Below, one piece after another: positions 12,539 to 24,300 of a stretch of DNA of 64,000 nucleotides. The notes under the pieces are model-generated. The model ran no database searches. It was not told where the DNA came from and was given only the letters and a program-made list of their open reading frames with translations. Each line of letters opens with the position of its first letter. Positions within the stretch are counted from its first letter, which is position 1. The position numbers and the translations under genes were made by a program. Source of the DNA: Amoebophrya sp. A120 (taxonomy: Eukaryota; Protista; Dinoflagellata); contig CAJINV010000010.1 of the NCBI GenBank assembly GCA_905178155.1, forward strand, positions 2,686,587-2,750,586, read 5' to 3'.

Positions 12539-15500
12539 GAGCATCAAAAGCGACAAAAAAGCTTGGGTGGAAGAGAAGCTGGACAACTTACAGAAGGCGG
12601 ACAACGCCGGGAACTCGCGAGAGGTTTACGAAGTTGTCCGGCAGCTGGCGGGCAAAGCGCGGAAACCGGCGCAGGAGCTACCGGGCCCTCCGGAAATGTG
12701 GACGCAGTTCTGGGGAAAAATTTTTGGCGAGCCGCGCCCCGAACCAAGTCAGGCCACCAAAAGCACGAACAGCTTCCGCAAATGCGCGGAAAGGCTGGAG
12801 CAAGAACCGCGGCAACAGTGGTGCCAGGGGCTTGACGCCGTCCCAAGTGAAGCGGAGATTTGTGATGCGTTGCGGGGTCTTAAGGCCGGCAAGTCCTTCG
12901 CTGGGGTAGCACCTGTAGAACTGATCCGCAACTGCGAGCTCGCGCGCGCAGTTGTAGTAGCACTTGTGCGGCGGGTGTTTCGGGGAGAGGATGTCCCCGA
13001 GGCATGGGGCCGCGCGGTGCTGGCGATGCTCCACAAGAAAGGCGACAAAGCCCAAGCAAAAAACTACCGACCGATAGCCTTGCTCACCTTTGCTGAAAAA
13101 CTCATTGGCCTCATAATCTTGCGCCGGATTGAAACAGAAGCGATGAGCGCCATCGACAAAAGGCAGAAGGGGTGCACCAGGGGGCTAAGCTGCAGACACG
13201 GAGTTTTCCAAATTCTTCGGGATATGGAGCGCTGCAAGCGGGAAGGCCGCCGGGCGTACTACGTTTTTGCTGATTTCCTGAAGGCCTTCGACAGTTTGGC
13301 CTGGGATATCATGCACAAAGTACTGAAGCACCAGGGAATGCCTGACAACCTTGGGGAAGTAATTCGGGGCATGTACGACAAGGGGGCGCGAGTCAGTATC
13401 AGGCTAGCCGCCGACAGATATACGGAAGCCATCAAGCAAATGGCCGGCATACGGCAGGGCAGCTCGCTGTCGCCGTTGCTGTTTGCCATCGTGCTTGATT
13501 TCGCCATCACTAGTTTCGCGGAAGTGATGAAAGAGGAAAAAAAGTGGACCACAGCACAGGCTCGGGGATTCGCAATGAGCCTGCTCGGGTTCGTGGATGA
13601 TCTGGCGATCAAAACCGGATCTGAGTCCGAAGCGCAATTTGCAGTCACCGAGCTGGCAGGGGCCTGCAGGTTTGTGGGCTTGGAGCTGAATGCGGACAAG
13701 GGAAAAACGGAGATTATGGTTGTCAACCCAGAGCGCAAAGACAGGCGGGACGAGTTTGCCATGGCCGAGAGGTGCATGGTGAGCAAAGAAGAAGGCGCAG
13801 CTCCGACCTGGGGGCTGATGGTGGAGTGGGCGGGAATCGACCATAAACCAGAGTACAGGGCCGCAGCGCGTGCGGTCTGTACACAGCGCATGGGCGACCT
13901 GGTGCCAACTCACCTCGTCATCTGGGACAATGGGCACCATAACGTGATAAAGCTGAAAGCTTCAGGCTGGGCCACGTTGGACAACGGCCGGGCGATGCGA
14001 ATTAACAGGATGGGGCGGCGCGAATACATCTTGGACAAGCACAACGTGCACCGGTGCCACCGGTGTGGCGATGTCCTCGAAGATGAAAATGCGCTCAAGT
14101 ACCACCTGGCGACCGGGTTCTGCAGGGAAGAGAAAACGGTCCACGACCTTCGCACGCTGAGAGTAGCGCGACAGGTAGAGGGAAAAAAGAAGGAGAGCAG
14201 GGAGAAAGCGGAAACAGAGCCGGCCAACGTGTGGCACGACGGGAAACAGATCGCAACGGTCGACCGCTTTACTTATCTCGGTACAGAGATGGACAGCGAA
14301 GGGTCGACCAAGTCGGAAACGCGCCGGCGCTGCGCCATGGCGATGAGCGCCGTGCGCTCTCTGAGCAAGATCTGGCGCGATAAAGAGGTGCCGCGGCACT
14401 TGAAAGCCTGCCAATCTTTATCGTTCCCTGAGCCGTAGCGTAGCACTGTATAACGCAGAGACGTGGGCAATTACGGAGAGCGACGAAAAAGCGCTGAGGG
14501 CCTTCCAGCTGAATGCCTTGCGGTTCATTTTTGGGATCTGGGAGTGGGAAGGATCTCCATCACGAGCGGAACTTTGCCAAGCCCTCGGGGTGCAGCTGAT
14601 CGAGACAGAGATCCGGGAGAAGCGGAATTCTTGGATCGGCCACGCAGCGCGGGATCCCCTAGGCGAGGGGTCGTTTGGGAGAATTCGACACGAAATCGAA
14701 CAAAAGACGCCTTGGGGCAGGTTGGCGGCTGCAGACCTGGAGCACTACAGTGTGGAACTTAAAGACCTGGAACTGCAAAAGCCCGCCGGACCAGTGGTGC
14801 GCGAAATGCTGACGCGAAGAAGGCCCTACGCAACCGCAAAAAAGCCACCGGGGAAAAAGGGACCAAAGCCAGGAGCCAAATCCGAGCGCGCGGAAGAAAT
14901 GCAGGCTGAACGCCGGAAAAGGCTACAGCAGCAGAGGGAAGAGGAAGAAAGGGCGCGGGCAGCACTCGCCGAAAGCCTACACGGCAAAAAGTGGAAGCAA
15001 AACAGTGACAGGCAGGGTTTTTGGGAAATCGATGGCGACCCGAGCATCGCCTTCCAAGTGGGCGAGATCTTCTTCTGCGAAAACACAGGCAAGGAAGAGG
15101 TGCAGGTGGCGGGCGTGTGGTTTCAAAAAGAATCTGATGGAACGTACACAGTCAGATAGCATGGCCACAGACCCCACCGAAGGAAGAACTTGATAACAAT
15201 ACACGCACGGCTACGATACTTTCGACAAATCTCTGAGCGAGGATTACTAGCCAGAGACTAGCCCACAAACAAAAAGCAAGAGGCTTAAAATAGTCCATCC
15301 CTCACGCTGCCGTTGCGCCGGTGGTCGTGGCGTTCGGGCGGAGGTTCGCGGGTGTGCCGGTCGTGCACTAGAAAGGTGTGTATATTAGCTCCGTGGCCCT
15401 CCTTATATAGTGCCTGTTCGTGTAGTTAGCATTCCGCGTAGCGCCCTCCCATAGGGTAGGTTTTGTATGATCTTAGAGACACCTGTGCGGATCAGGTGCA

Positions 15501-16140
15501 TTAAAGTTGCTCGGCAAGTAGCGCGTCAAGGGGAGGTAGTTTCAGGTACTTTACTAGCATCACGTCCGGAACGCCTGCCGATTCGCGCTGTGCAGTCTGT
15601 GGCGGTGCAACCGCTCCAGCGTGCCTCCGGGTGATTGGGGGTTGTCATGCGTCATCGGCGGCAGCGTGCTCGCGCTAAGTGAAGGAGTGATGAAACAGGA
15701 TGAGAAAAAGGTGCGTAGTTCAGTGACCCTCTGTTTTTGTTACCAAAAACCAAGGCGAAAACTAAAAACGAAGAAGTTCTGACAACACAAGAGAGAAAAA
15801 GTTCATTATGAACTTGGGCAAAAAGAAGTTATCTTAAGCAGCAGGAGTTTATATGCGCTGCACCCATGCCCGCCGAGCTAGTTAAGCGCCCCAGTGGGTT
15901 AGAGGAGAAGTCTAGCAGGTCCCTAGTGCTGTAAGAAGCTGATAACTTAGTTTTATATGTTGGGCAGTTGCTGCTGTCCGGAGGCGTCCACACTGCCTGA
16001 TAGTAGTCGTCCGCCCGTGGTGCAAAGCATTGCGTTGTTCCCTGCCCCGGCCGTTCGAGCTTGATGGTAAGAGGCCACCGCCGCCGCCCCACTCCACTCC
16101 ACTCCACTCCACTCCCACGCGTTGACTTGACTTGACTTGA
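12539..16140 (+). mobile_element. 5'-truncated non-LTR retrotransposon (RTE-clade-like LINE)
   Basis: 14-bp TSD ctgcagccagtagc at 12525-12538 and 16141-16154; RT ORF; ~1-kb 3' UTR ending in (ccact)n and (ttgac)n tandem tails. Confidence 0.92.
12567..15159 (+). pseudogene. LINE ORF2 reverse transcriptase, lacking the N-terminal endonuclease, frameshifted at ~14409
   Basis: Motifs KKGD..NYRPIAL, FADFLKAFDS, GIRQGSSLSPLLF, FVDD, FTYLG; after the shift LYNAETW and WIGHAAR. Confidence 0.9.
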
Positions 16141-17967
16141 CTGCAGCCAGTAGCTTCATGAAATTATATATGAAGATGAAGGTAGGTCAGGGGACAAATA
16201 GGAATAACCACCGCACAGGTTCAAGCGAGAAAATCAGAAACACGCGGTGCGAGAAAATCAGAAGTGCTGCTGTGGTCGCGTCATATTTTCAACGGGTTCA
16301 AGAGTAGATTGATTTCGTTTCGTACTTATGATTTTTGATATTCCTCGTTTTATTACGTTCCGATTTACTTTTACTTTTACAGTTTAACAGAATTTTACTT
16401 TAGTTTCTCCGACCCTGTATACAAACTTTTTTTAGCGGTGAAAGAATATCGCAGACGCCACAACCTCTAATCTTGAGGCTGTCGCTGTTCACGAAAAAAA
16501 TGGAAATGCACAACTTTCAAAGAGCGAGCAGATGATCTACGATGCGTTTATTTAAGTTTTTTGGTAGAAAGCATTTCATTGCCCAAAACAATGAGCAAAG
16601 AATTTCTACATTGCTGCTTCTAGCTTTTTGTAGAAGCATCTGCAAGAAGTATAGAAAGAGAAAAAATAATCAATTACGAAGAAATCATAGAGGCTCGTTG
16701 TCGTTTCAATTTCATAATTTTATTATTCCCAAGTAATATTTCTTCACATTCGGATTCAAGTTCAACGCACCGAGTTTACTTCACGAACCGGCGTTGCGAG
16801 TCGTTTTGCTGATGTTTTTTCACTATGAAATAATCACATCAGCGGAGATAATTTCCATTTCTCTTCGTCCATACGGCATCAACACCTGCAAATCACGACA
16901 TTTCCAGAATGATATGCGATCTGCACTGGGGAATCGCAATCGTCATGATCTGATGCAATTAGATAGACAGTGGCGTAGCGTAGTCCTCGGTATACGACAA
17001 TTGGGGATTAATTTTATTTTAGCCAGGAACGGTTGATGATGTCATGGTTCGGCGCGCGGAGTACTAAGGCACCATATCGATGACAATTTCTGATGAAATA
17101 AGTAAATGCACCTCCCTGTACAGCTGAGGCCGAGAGCCGTGAACAGAAAAATAAAGAACGCTAACGTGAAGGCCGAGGGGGCCAAGCTTCTACCGGCATA
17201 ATTTCCTGTGGTGGGGTGAGAAATTGTTGGCAGCACGTGTATACGTGCTTAGCATCGTCCGGCGCACTTCTGAACAGGATTCGATTAGACAGTCTTGCAC
17301 TTCTTTTTTCCTAGATCAGAAATAAATCTGAAATCGGTTCTTCCTTTGGTTGCTTGTATGACATGTTGCACCAGCAAAAAAAATAAAAAATACGATCCCC
17401 CTGGACGCTCATCGAGATCTTTAGTTCGGTTCCTTTTCCGCTATTTGTGTATTTATTAACCAAAACCACAGCCTCAGCTGCGAAGCCGTTTTTTTCTTTC
17501 ATTCGCGGAATTGTCCTTATTTCATCCTAGCGCGGCATGATCTCGTTACTCGTATCTCGCACAGGCTGCACTTCTGGGCAGCAACCTTCGGTCTCCCGCC
17601 TGTCTCGAGTCTTTTGCATATAGTGCGACAACTAAGTCTAGCCACCGTTTATTTGTTTTTGTGAGGACCCCCACGGTAGAAGACGTTTTTTTTGCATTAC
17701 CACATCTGAAATACCGCAACCGCTTTAAGCAGGGCATCTTTGAATTCCGATGCGACGTCGGACTAGCTGGCTCTTCGTCCTCACACCTCAACGCCTCACG
17801 TGCTCCACGACTAGACGTGTAACATTCGCGTCGGCCGCAAAAGAAAGCAAGTGCCTGGTTTGATTCATCCGGGTAAGCCGCGCGTCTGTAAATAAAATCC
17901 TGCTCCTGAGCCTGAAACTGAGTCCGAGGACAGTAGGTGCAGCGGAGCTCCTGCGCCATCATCCAAA

Positions 17968-20545
17968 ATGGGCTCTGCCTTCGGGGTGATTTCGGAGGAA
18001 ACGCCAGCGTATGAGGTCCTCCAGCGGTTTATCGAAAAGAAAAATCCTTCTTCCCCATATCAAAAGGAGATTTCAGATGCTGCCTTTGCGTACACACATG
18101 AGGTCTGTCTTGCTGTGAGGAATCGCGCCCACATTCTTAGGAGCGCAAGGTTCATCTATCTGTTTAGCATTGGAAACGCCGGCCCGTTGACGAACCAGCA
18201 TGACAAATCGCATCCATAATGCGGCGCATCCCTCAGCGCTTGTCTTCTTGCAAGACAAAAATGATTTGTGGCCACAAATCTGCATCACAACGGATGCCTT
18301 TTCAATACGGGGAGGGAGGATTTTTCCTCACAATACGGCTCGAGAACTACGAAATCCGGAGGTACGAGCCCCGCGTCGCGGTCCAGGTCGCGATGAACCA
18401 CGCCAACGATAGCACGGCGTTCAAAACTATCAACTGTAAAAATGTCTGGGTCTGGAAGAATCCAACTTGTCATGCTGATTTTGGATTCTAAACAAATCTG
18501 TATTGCATGAGCAGCAAAGAGAGTCCAAGTTTTGCTACACGGAAAGAGCATTTGTCATGCGGCATAGGCATCAGGAAGCCCTCACAAAATCTGTGATGCT
18601 AGGGCATGCATCACAGACATCAGGAGTCATGCAAAATGTGCATGACAAGCCTGGAAATCTCCCAGACCCAGACATTTTTACAGTTGATAAAAACCCTTGC
18701 GGGCTACATCGGCGTCATGTCCAGCCCACGGAACGAAAGGAGCGAAGCTATCAAAATGAAAAATCCCCCCTCCCCATATCAAAACGGAAATTTGTGATGC
18801 TGATTTGTGGCCACAAATCAGCTTTGTATTGCAGAGAGGCACTGCGGCCAGATCCCCAGGCTAGGTAGGGGCGTATGGGTCTAGTAGTTCAGCATGGCAA
18901 ACGGCCCCCCTTTGGGCCCAACAGCGTGACAAATCGCTGCGATAATGGGGCGGAAGCTTCTGCCCTTGTCTTCTTGCAAGACAGACGTGACTTGTGGTCT
19001 CAAATCAGCAAGACAAATTTTCGGAAACATACCTTTTCGATATGGGGAGGGGGGGATTTTTCCTCTGAATAGAAGCAATCGCCATGACCGCGCCCGTGGT
19101 ATCTTCGACGTCCTCTTCTTCCTTAATCGGCATGAAACCAAGTACGGGCGTGGCAGACGCGGCTAGTAGTTCGGCGGCTCCAAGAACTACGCAGAACAAG
19201 CAGCAGCAATCTACTTTGTCAGAAAAAAAAGTAGATGTTGGACCTCAAGATGACCAGCACTTGATGCAGTTCGTCCTGCCCAAAATCTACGACATGACCA
19301 TTATCGACTGCAAATTTATGGGGTTCTCAAATGTTACATTCGCAACTGTTACATGATTTGTCATGCAAAAGTACCATTATCATCTACACCATCAAGCTGT
19401 TCTGCATAACAAATTCTGGAAGGGCGAAACAGGCTCATAGTCAGTTCCAAATCTGTCATGCAAGACGCGCAAGGCCCCCCCCTTTCATTCTTCCCATTCT
19501 TGCATCACAAATCATGTAATCATGTAACAGTTGAGAATGTAACAGTTGAGAACGCCATAAAATCTCTCTGCTGGGTCTGAAAAGTGACTGGTAACAAGCA
19601 CAGTGTAATGCACCGCCAAGCATGACAAATACAGATTTTCACTTTTTCGTGGCTCTGTGTTGCGTAATATTCCACATGAGGTCTAGTTTGTGTATGACAG
19701 ACCAGGGAATTGTGACCTCTTGCTGGTCACGCAATACAGAGCTCAGTGTCATGCCAGACTGGCATGACAAACGCAAACCTCGCATTCTGCATAGATAGAA
19801 GGCAGATGACATGTTTGCAATGTATAACCAACCACCCCCCGCCCAAGCCCACGCCGACCTGGTCGTCGCCGAATCTGAGCACCGCTATTGTCGAGCGGCC
19901 CGAGATATCCTGTGCAAAAGTATCTTACTAGCATAAATCGCAATAGAAATTAGCTCAGTATCACAAACTTAAATTTGTAATGCTGATTTACCTTAACAAC
20001 TAGATTTGTAATGCATAACTGCAATTAGTACGAATACGATACTTCTGCACAGGATACGAGAGAACGTTCGCGGTGCACACGTTTTCCGGTCGGTGGACCA
20101 GTTTCGAGGAGCAGAAACGGGAACTGCTGAGGTGGCTCAAAGAGGAGAAGGAGGATGACAGTGGGAACATGCTGAAAATCAAGGTGAAACAGCCTTTGCA
20201 CTTCGAGGTTTACCGGTACAACCCCCCCTATGCATTACAAATATGTCTGGCGGGTCTGGAAAGTTGTGATGCTAATGTCCGAATGAAGATACGCAAGCGC
20301 AACCCGTATTTGAGGGCCGCGCATGCCAAGTTTCTGAGCGGCTTTGTCTAGCGTGAACCGCATGAGGAATGGCCTTTTTATTGCATGAGAAACAAGTGGC
20401 ACTGTAGCGCACCAAGCAGGACAAATCTTTCTGTCTTGTCGCCCAAGCATGACTTCCAGACCCAGACATATTTGCAATGCATACCACCTGGACGCTGCCG
20501 ATGTTCCGAACGAATGAAGTCGCGATCGAAGTGGAACTGACTTGA
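17968..20545 (+). CDS. SOUL/HEBP heme-binding family protein, 7 exons separated by 6 introners
   Basis: Spliced product MGSAFGVISEETPAYEVL..ENYEIRRYEP..AFKTLAGYIG..EAIAMTAPV..MQFVLP..PKP..VERPERTFAVHTFSG..YNPPWTLPMFRTNEV..*. Confidence 0.93.
18030..18335. mobile_element. Introner family D
   Basis: tatcgaaaagaaaaatccttcttcccc / ggggagggaggatttttcctcacaata; TSD cggtt/cggct. Confidence 0.92.
18428..18689. mobile_element. Introner family A
   Basis: Family A TIRs; TSD aaaac. Confidence 0.93.
18749..19071. mobile_element. Introner family D
   Basis: Family D TIRs; TSD gaagc. Confidence 0.93.
19302..19826. mobile_element. Introner family A (diverged) containing a nested family F element
   Basis: tatcgactgcaaat[F]ctctctgctgggtctg...gacatgtttgcaatgtata; TSD accat/accaa. 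Confidence 0.85.
19317..19559. mobile_element. Introner family F, nested
   Basis: tatggggttctcaaatgttacattc / gaatgtaacagttgagaacgccata; TSD aaatt/aaatc. Confidence 0.9.
19906..20056. mobile_element. Introner family B
   Basis: Family B TIRs; TSD cgaga. Confidence 0.93.
20229..20483. mobile_element. Introner family A
   Basis: Family A TIRs; TSD ccccc/ccacc. Confidence 0.9.
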
Positions 20546-21349
20546 AGTAGACGTGCTGATTTGCTGCTTTTTGCTTGCGAGAAGTGAGATTTGGATTTCT
20601 ATCTCGACGAACATCTGGAGTAATTATAGACGCAGCTTCAGTCTTTGTGCATAGACGCGGTGATGCTCATCCTCGTCGACCACGAGCGTTCTTGTAGAGG
20701 CACTCGGACCGAAAACGAATAATGCAACAATGCAAAGTCATACTCATTTGATTTTGAACCTCCTGCACGAGCACGAATACTGCTGCAACGACCGTCAAGG
20801 CCCGTAATTCGGAAGGCGATTTTGTTCTCTTCTCTGCACTTCTCATGTTGAATCTGTTCCATCATCTCTTTCGTCGCCTGCTGTTGCGACGAGTATAAGT
20901 AGTTACTTAATACCTCCGATCATTCGCGATCAATCCCGCCCGCGTTTATTGAAAAACTTCCAGCGGCTGCGCCTGGCATAGTCCTGATATTTTTCTCCGC
21001 AGCATTTTGGTTTGGTCTTATTTTGCTCGCTGGTCCTTTCGGTCTTGATCATTTGGAACTTTTTACGCTGGAACAGGAAACGGATCAAAGCTTCTTACAG
21101 GAGACCACGGCATATATGCAAGTCAATGTCGGACTCGGAAATAATTCATTGAGTCCGGACACGACTATTATAAAGAGTACATACTGTCAAGCACTGCAGC
21201 CAATAGATTTTTGTGTAGCGCGCAATTGAAGTGCTGTGTTTTTTTGTGTAGGAGTTGTTCTTTGTGCACTTTTTGATTGAAGACGAAGTTTCGTCCTCAC
21301 AGCCATCCGGCGGACCGACACCTGAGTTACTACTTGCATACAACTTCTT

Positions 21350-24300
21350 TTGTGGTCAACATACTACCTAGATAAACGAAGCGAGGAGTCGTGTGATGTA
21401 AAACTAAAAGACGACAAAATGCTTCTAGAGTCGCCAGGTGCAGCACCCCCATCGACGTTTGAAGCCGCCGCCGCAGCATCTCTGAAAAAAATTTTAATAC
21501 CGAGCCGGAGGACTTCTGTTGCAAAAACTTCACGACCGAGTCGGCGTTTCTTTGATGTTTTGGCGCTGTTGAGTGTGTTGCAGTTGGTCTACCTTTATTT
21601 ATCCGATACAACTACAAGAACCACTCTGCTCGCCTCCGATCAAGCGTCTTCTTGTTCTATCACGACACCGGGGGTGGCCGCGACGAGGCTCTCGGGGAAA
21701 AAGAAAGGCGGGAAGAACCAGCGATCCTCGGTTGCGGCTTCCTGGATCACGAGGGCCAGTTCATCCGGTTCCGCCAAAAGACCCGGCGGAACCTCGGAGG
21801 ATGCCGCAGCGGGCTCGGACTCCCCGGAGCAGAATGCAGGGGACGAGGAGGCTGGTTGTACTATCAAAAGCGCAGAAGGTAGTTCTTGCACGACTAGAAA
21901 TGGTTCAACATCCGGATCATCTTCCGCGGCTACCGGTCCGGTGACGGCTTTGCTGAACCGCATGACCGCCTCATGGACGCTGAAGGGCACTACAGTATTA
22001 CAATGAAAAATGCCCCCACGACCCCGGAATTTGCAGAAGTTTGTTATGCAAAGTTTCAAAATGAAAGCTTTTTGTCTTGCATGAAAGGATTGCGAGCTTT
22101 TCTGATGCAGAATCTAGTTGCGCAAGGTGCCTTGTGCATAACAGATCCGGCTGCTGTTTGGCCCCTTCGCAACACAAATTCGAGCTATTCAGCATGGCAA
22201 GTTTGTGATGCTGAGATATGCAAGACGGGAAATGTTTCTATTGGAAAGGTTTCTAAATACAATACAAATGCTGCCAAGTGTGGGGTAGGGCGGGCATTTT
22301 TCACGGTAATAGACGAGCACCAGCCGGAGTAGCAGTTCGGGAAACCTGCAGCTGCGAACGACCGACGAGGACGATGGCGCCGCAGCGGAAAACGAGAGTC
22401 CGCAGGACAAGGACGAGCAAACGAACCCGGAACTGCAGGAGCAGAAAACCTGGTCGGAGGAGGAGCACCAAGGGCTGGGGTACACCGGCGATCCTTACGG
22501 GGACTACTTCGCGGAGCAGCGGCGAACTACGGGCTTTGATGCTGCACGACGAGACTCCCCCCGCGGCGATGACGACGACGATGAAGCCGTGTCAGAGGTC
22601 GCAACGGGAGAGCAAGTGGAGGAGCTGATCAGGGACGACTTTCTGCTACCCTAAATGGAAAATCGCGGCTATCTGATCTCATTATTATTCTTCTCAGGAG
22701 CTGCGCGGCGGCCTGAAGTAGTTGTAGTTCGCCACCAATTACTAGTACTTGGAGTGCACAAGAAGCACAGAAGATTTTGCGTAGACAATTTTTCATGGTG
22801 TTTCCATTTTTGCAAATCAAATTCTTATTGCAAAAAAACAACAATGAAGATGATCTGGATGATTTTGATTTTCCACTAGGATAACGCAAAGAAGAACGAG
22901 AAGGAGAACCCGACGACGAAACTGATTCTGCAGGAGCAGCCGTTTCGGGCGATTTGCACTTCGGGGGCAGCGGGGCGATGGTTTCAACGTCATCCTCGAA
23001 AGCAGCAGAACCGCCGAAACAGGAGTCGATGACAACTACAAAGCAGTTTTGCAGTAAGAAGGGCTTTACAACCGGTAATATGACTGCACCCGCAGCGGCA
23101 GCTGGCGAGAAAAAGAAGGGAGTAGCAGGAAACAAGACTTCTGCAACTGCAGCTGTGCAGGAGGAAAACGAAAAGCAGGAGCTATCAAATGCAAAAATGT
23201 CTGGGTCTGGAAGAATGCGCGATTTGTCATGCAGCTTTTCCATGACCCATGAGGTTTGGAATGCAGGACCTAGCAAGACGGATTCTGTGCGATCTCTCTC
23301 ATGCCTATCGTGCATGAGAAACTCCCTTCCGACTTGGTCAAAACTGGAAGACTTTTGGTAATCACGCAACACAGATTTTTGCATGCTTCAGATTTACTTA
23401 GCATGACAACTTGGAATCTTCCAGACCCAGACACTTTTGCAGTTGATAGGAGCAGCAGTTACACGACACAGGAGTAGTACTTCTGCAACACGCTGACGCA
23501 GACCACGCGGGCTCTGATACTAGCACGCAGATGAAAGTAGATCAACTTCTTCCCGGTGAGGAAGGTGTGGCACGAGGAGAATCGGCAATAGGCCAGCCTT
23601 CGGACGGTTCATCCCCACAACAACCCCGTCATAAAGAACTACTCGTAGCATCGGAAGGCGGCAGGAAAGCAACTGGAAGTAGATCTCATGACCGACAAAA
23701 CAGCACAGCAAGAGCGAGCACCAGTCTTCTACTTCCCACTTCCCACCAGCGTCTCGTGCCGGTTCCGGCGGACCACATGCACCCGCTGAGCCCAGCGATG
23801 TCGGCGATCGGCGGCCGTTATGCTGTGCAAAAGTATCGTACTCGTAGTAATCGCAGTCATGCATTACAAATCTCCTTGTTAACCTAAATCCGCAATACAA
23901 ATTCCACTTTTCGGATTTGTCAGGCGATTTCTACTTACTAGTACGATGCTTTTGCACAGGATAGCCGCGCAGTGCTTCTCGGCGGGACGACGAGTACGCG
24001 AGGAACAACAACAGCGGCGGCGGGGGGAACTACTCCTGGTGGACAAATGGGTCGTTGTTCAACTACACCAGCGTTGGCAGCGTCTCCGTCTTCTTCTCCA
24101 GCGGCAGGACGGACCGCCACAGCGGGGGGCGCATCTCCTACAAGTGCAGCAGCAGCCGGTGGAACAAAGAGGTGGAGTCAACATCAGCAGCTTCAGAAGC
24201 CCATAATACAGGTGGTGGAAACGGGGAAGCCGGACTTGTACTTTACCAGCGTCGCGGCATTGCAGGAGGAACTGAACAAGCAGAACGACCAAAGCTCATT

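Noticed and set aside
15160-16140. Self-cleaving ribozyme in the LINE 3' UTR
   Set aside because: No hammerhead or HDV core identifiable by eye.
17546-17962. Cys-containing minus-strand ORF head-to-head with SOUL
   Set aside because: It starts 5 bp from the SOUL ATG and has no recognisable domain; likely spurious or decayed.
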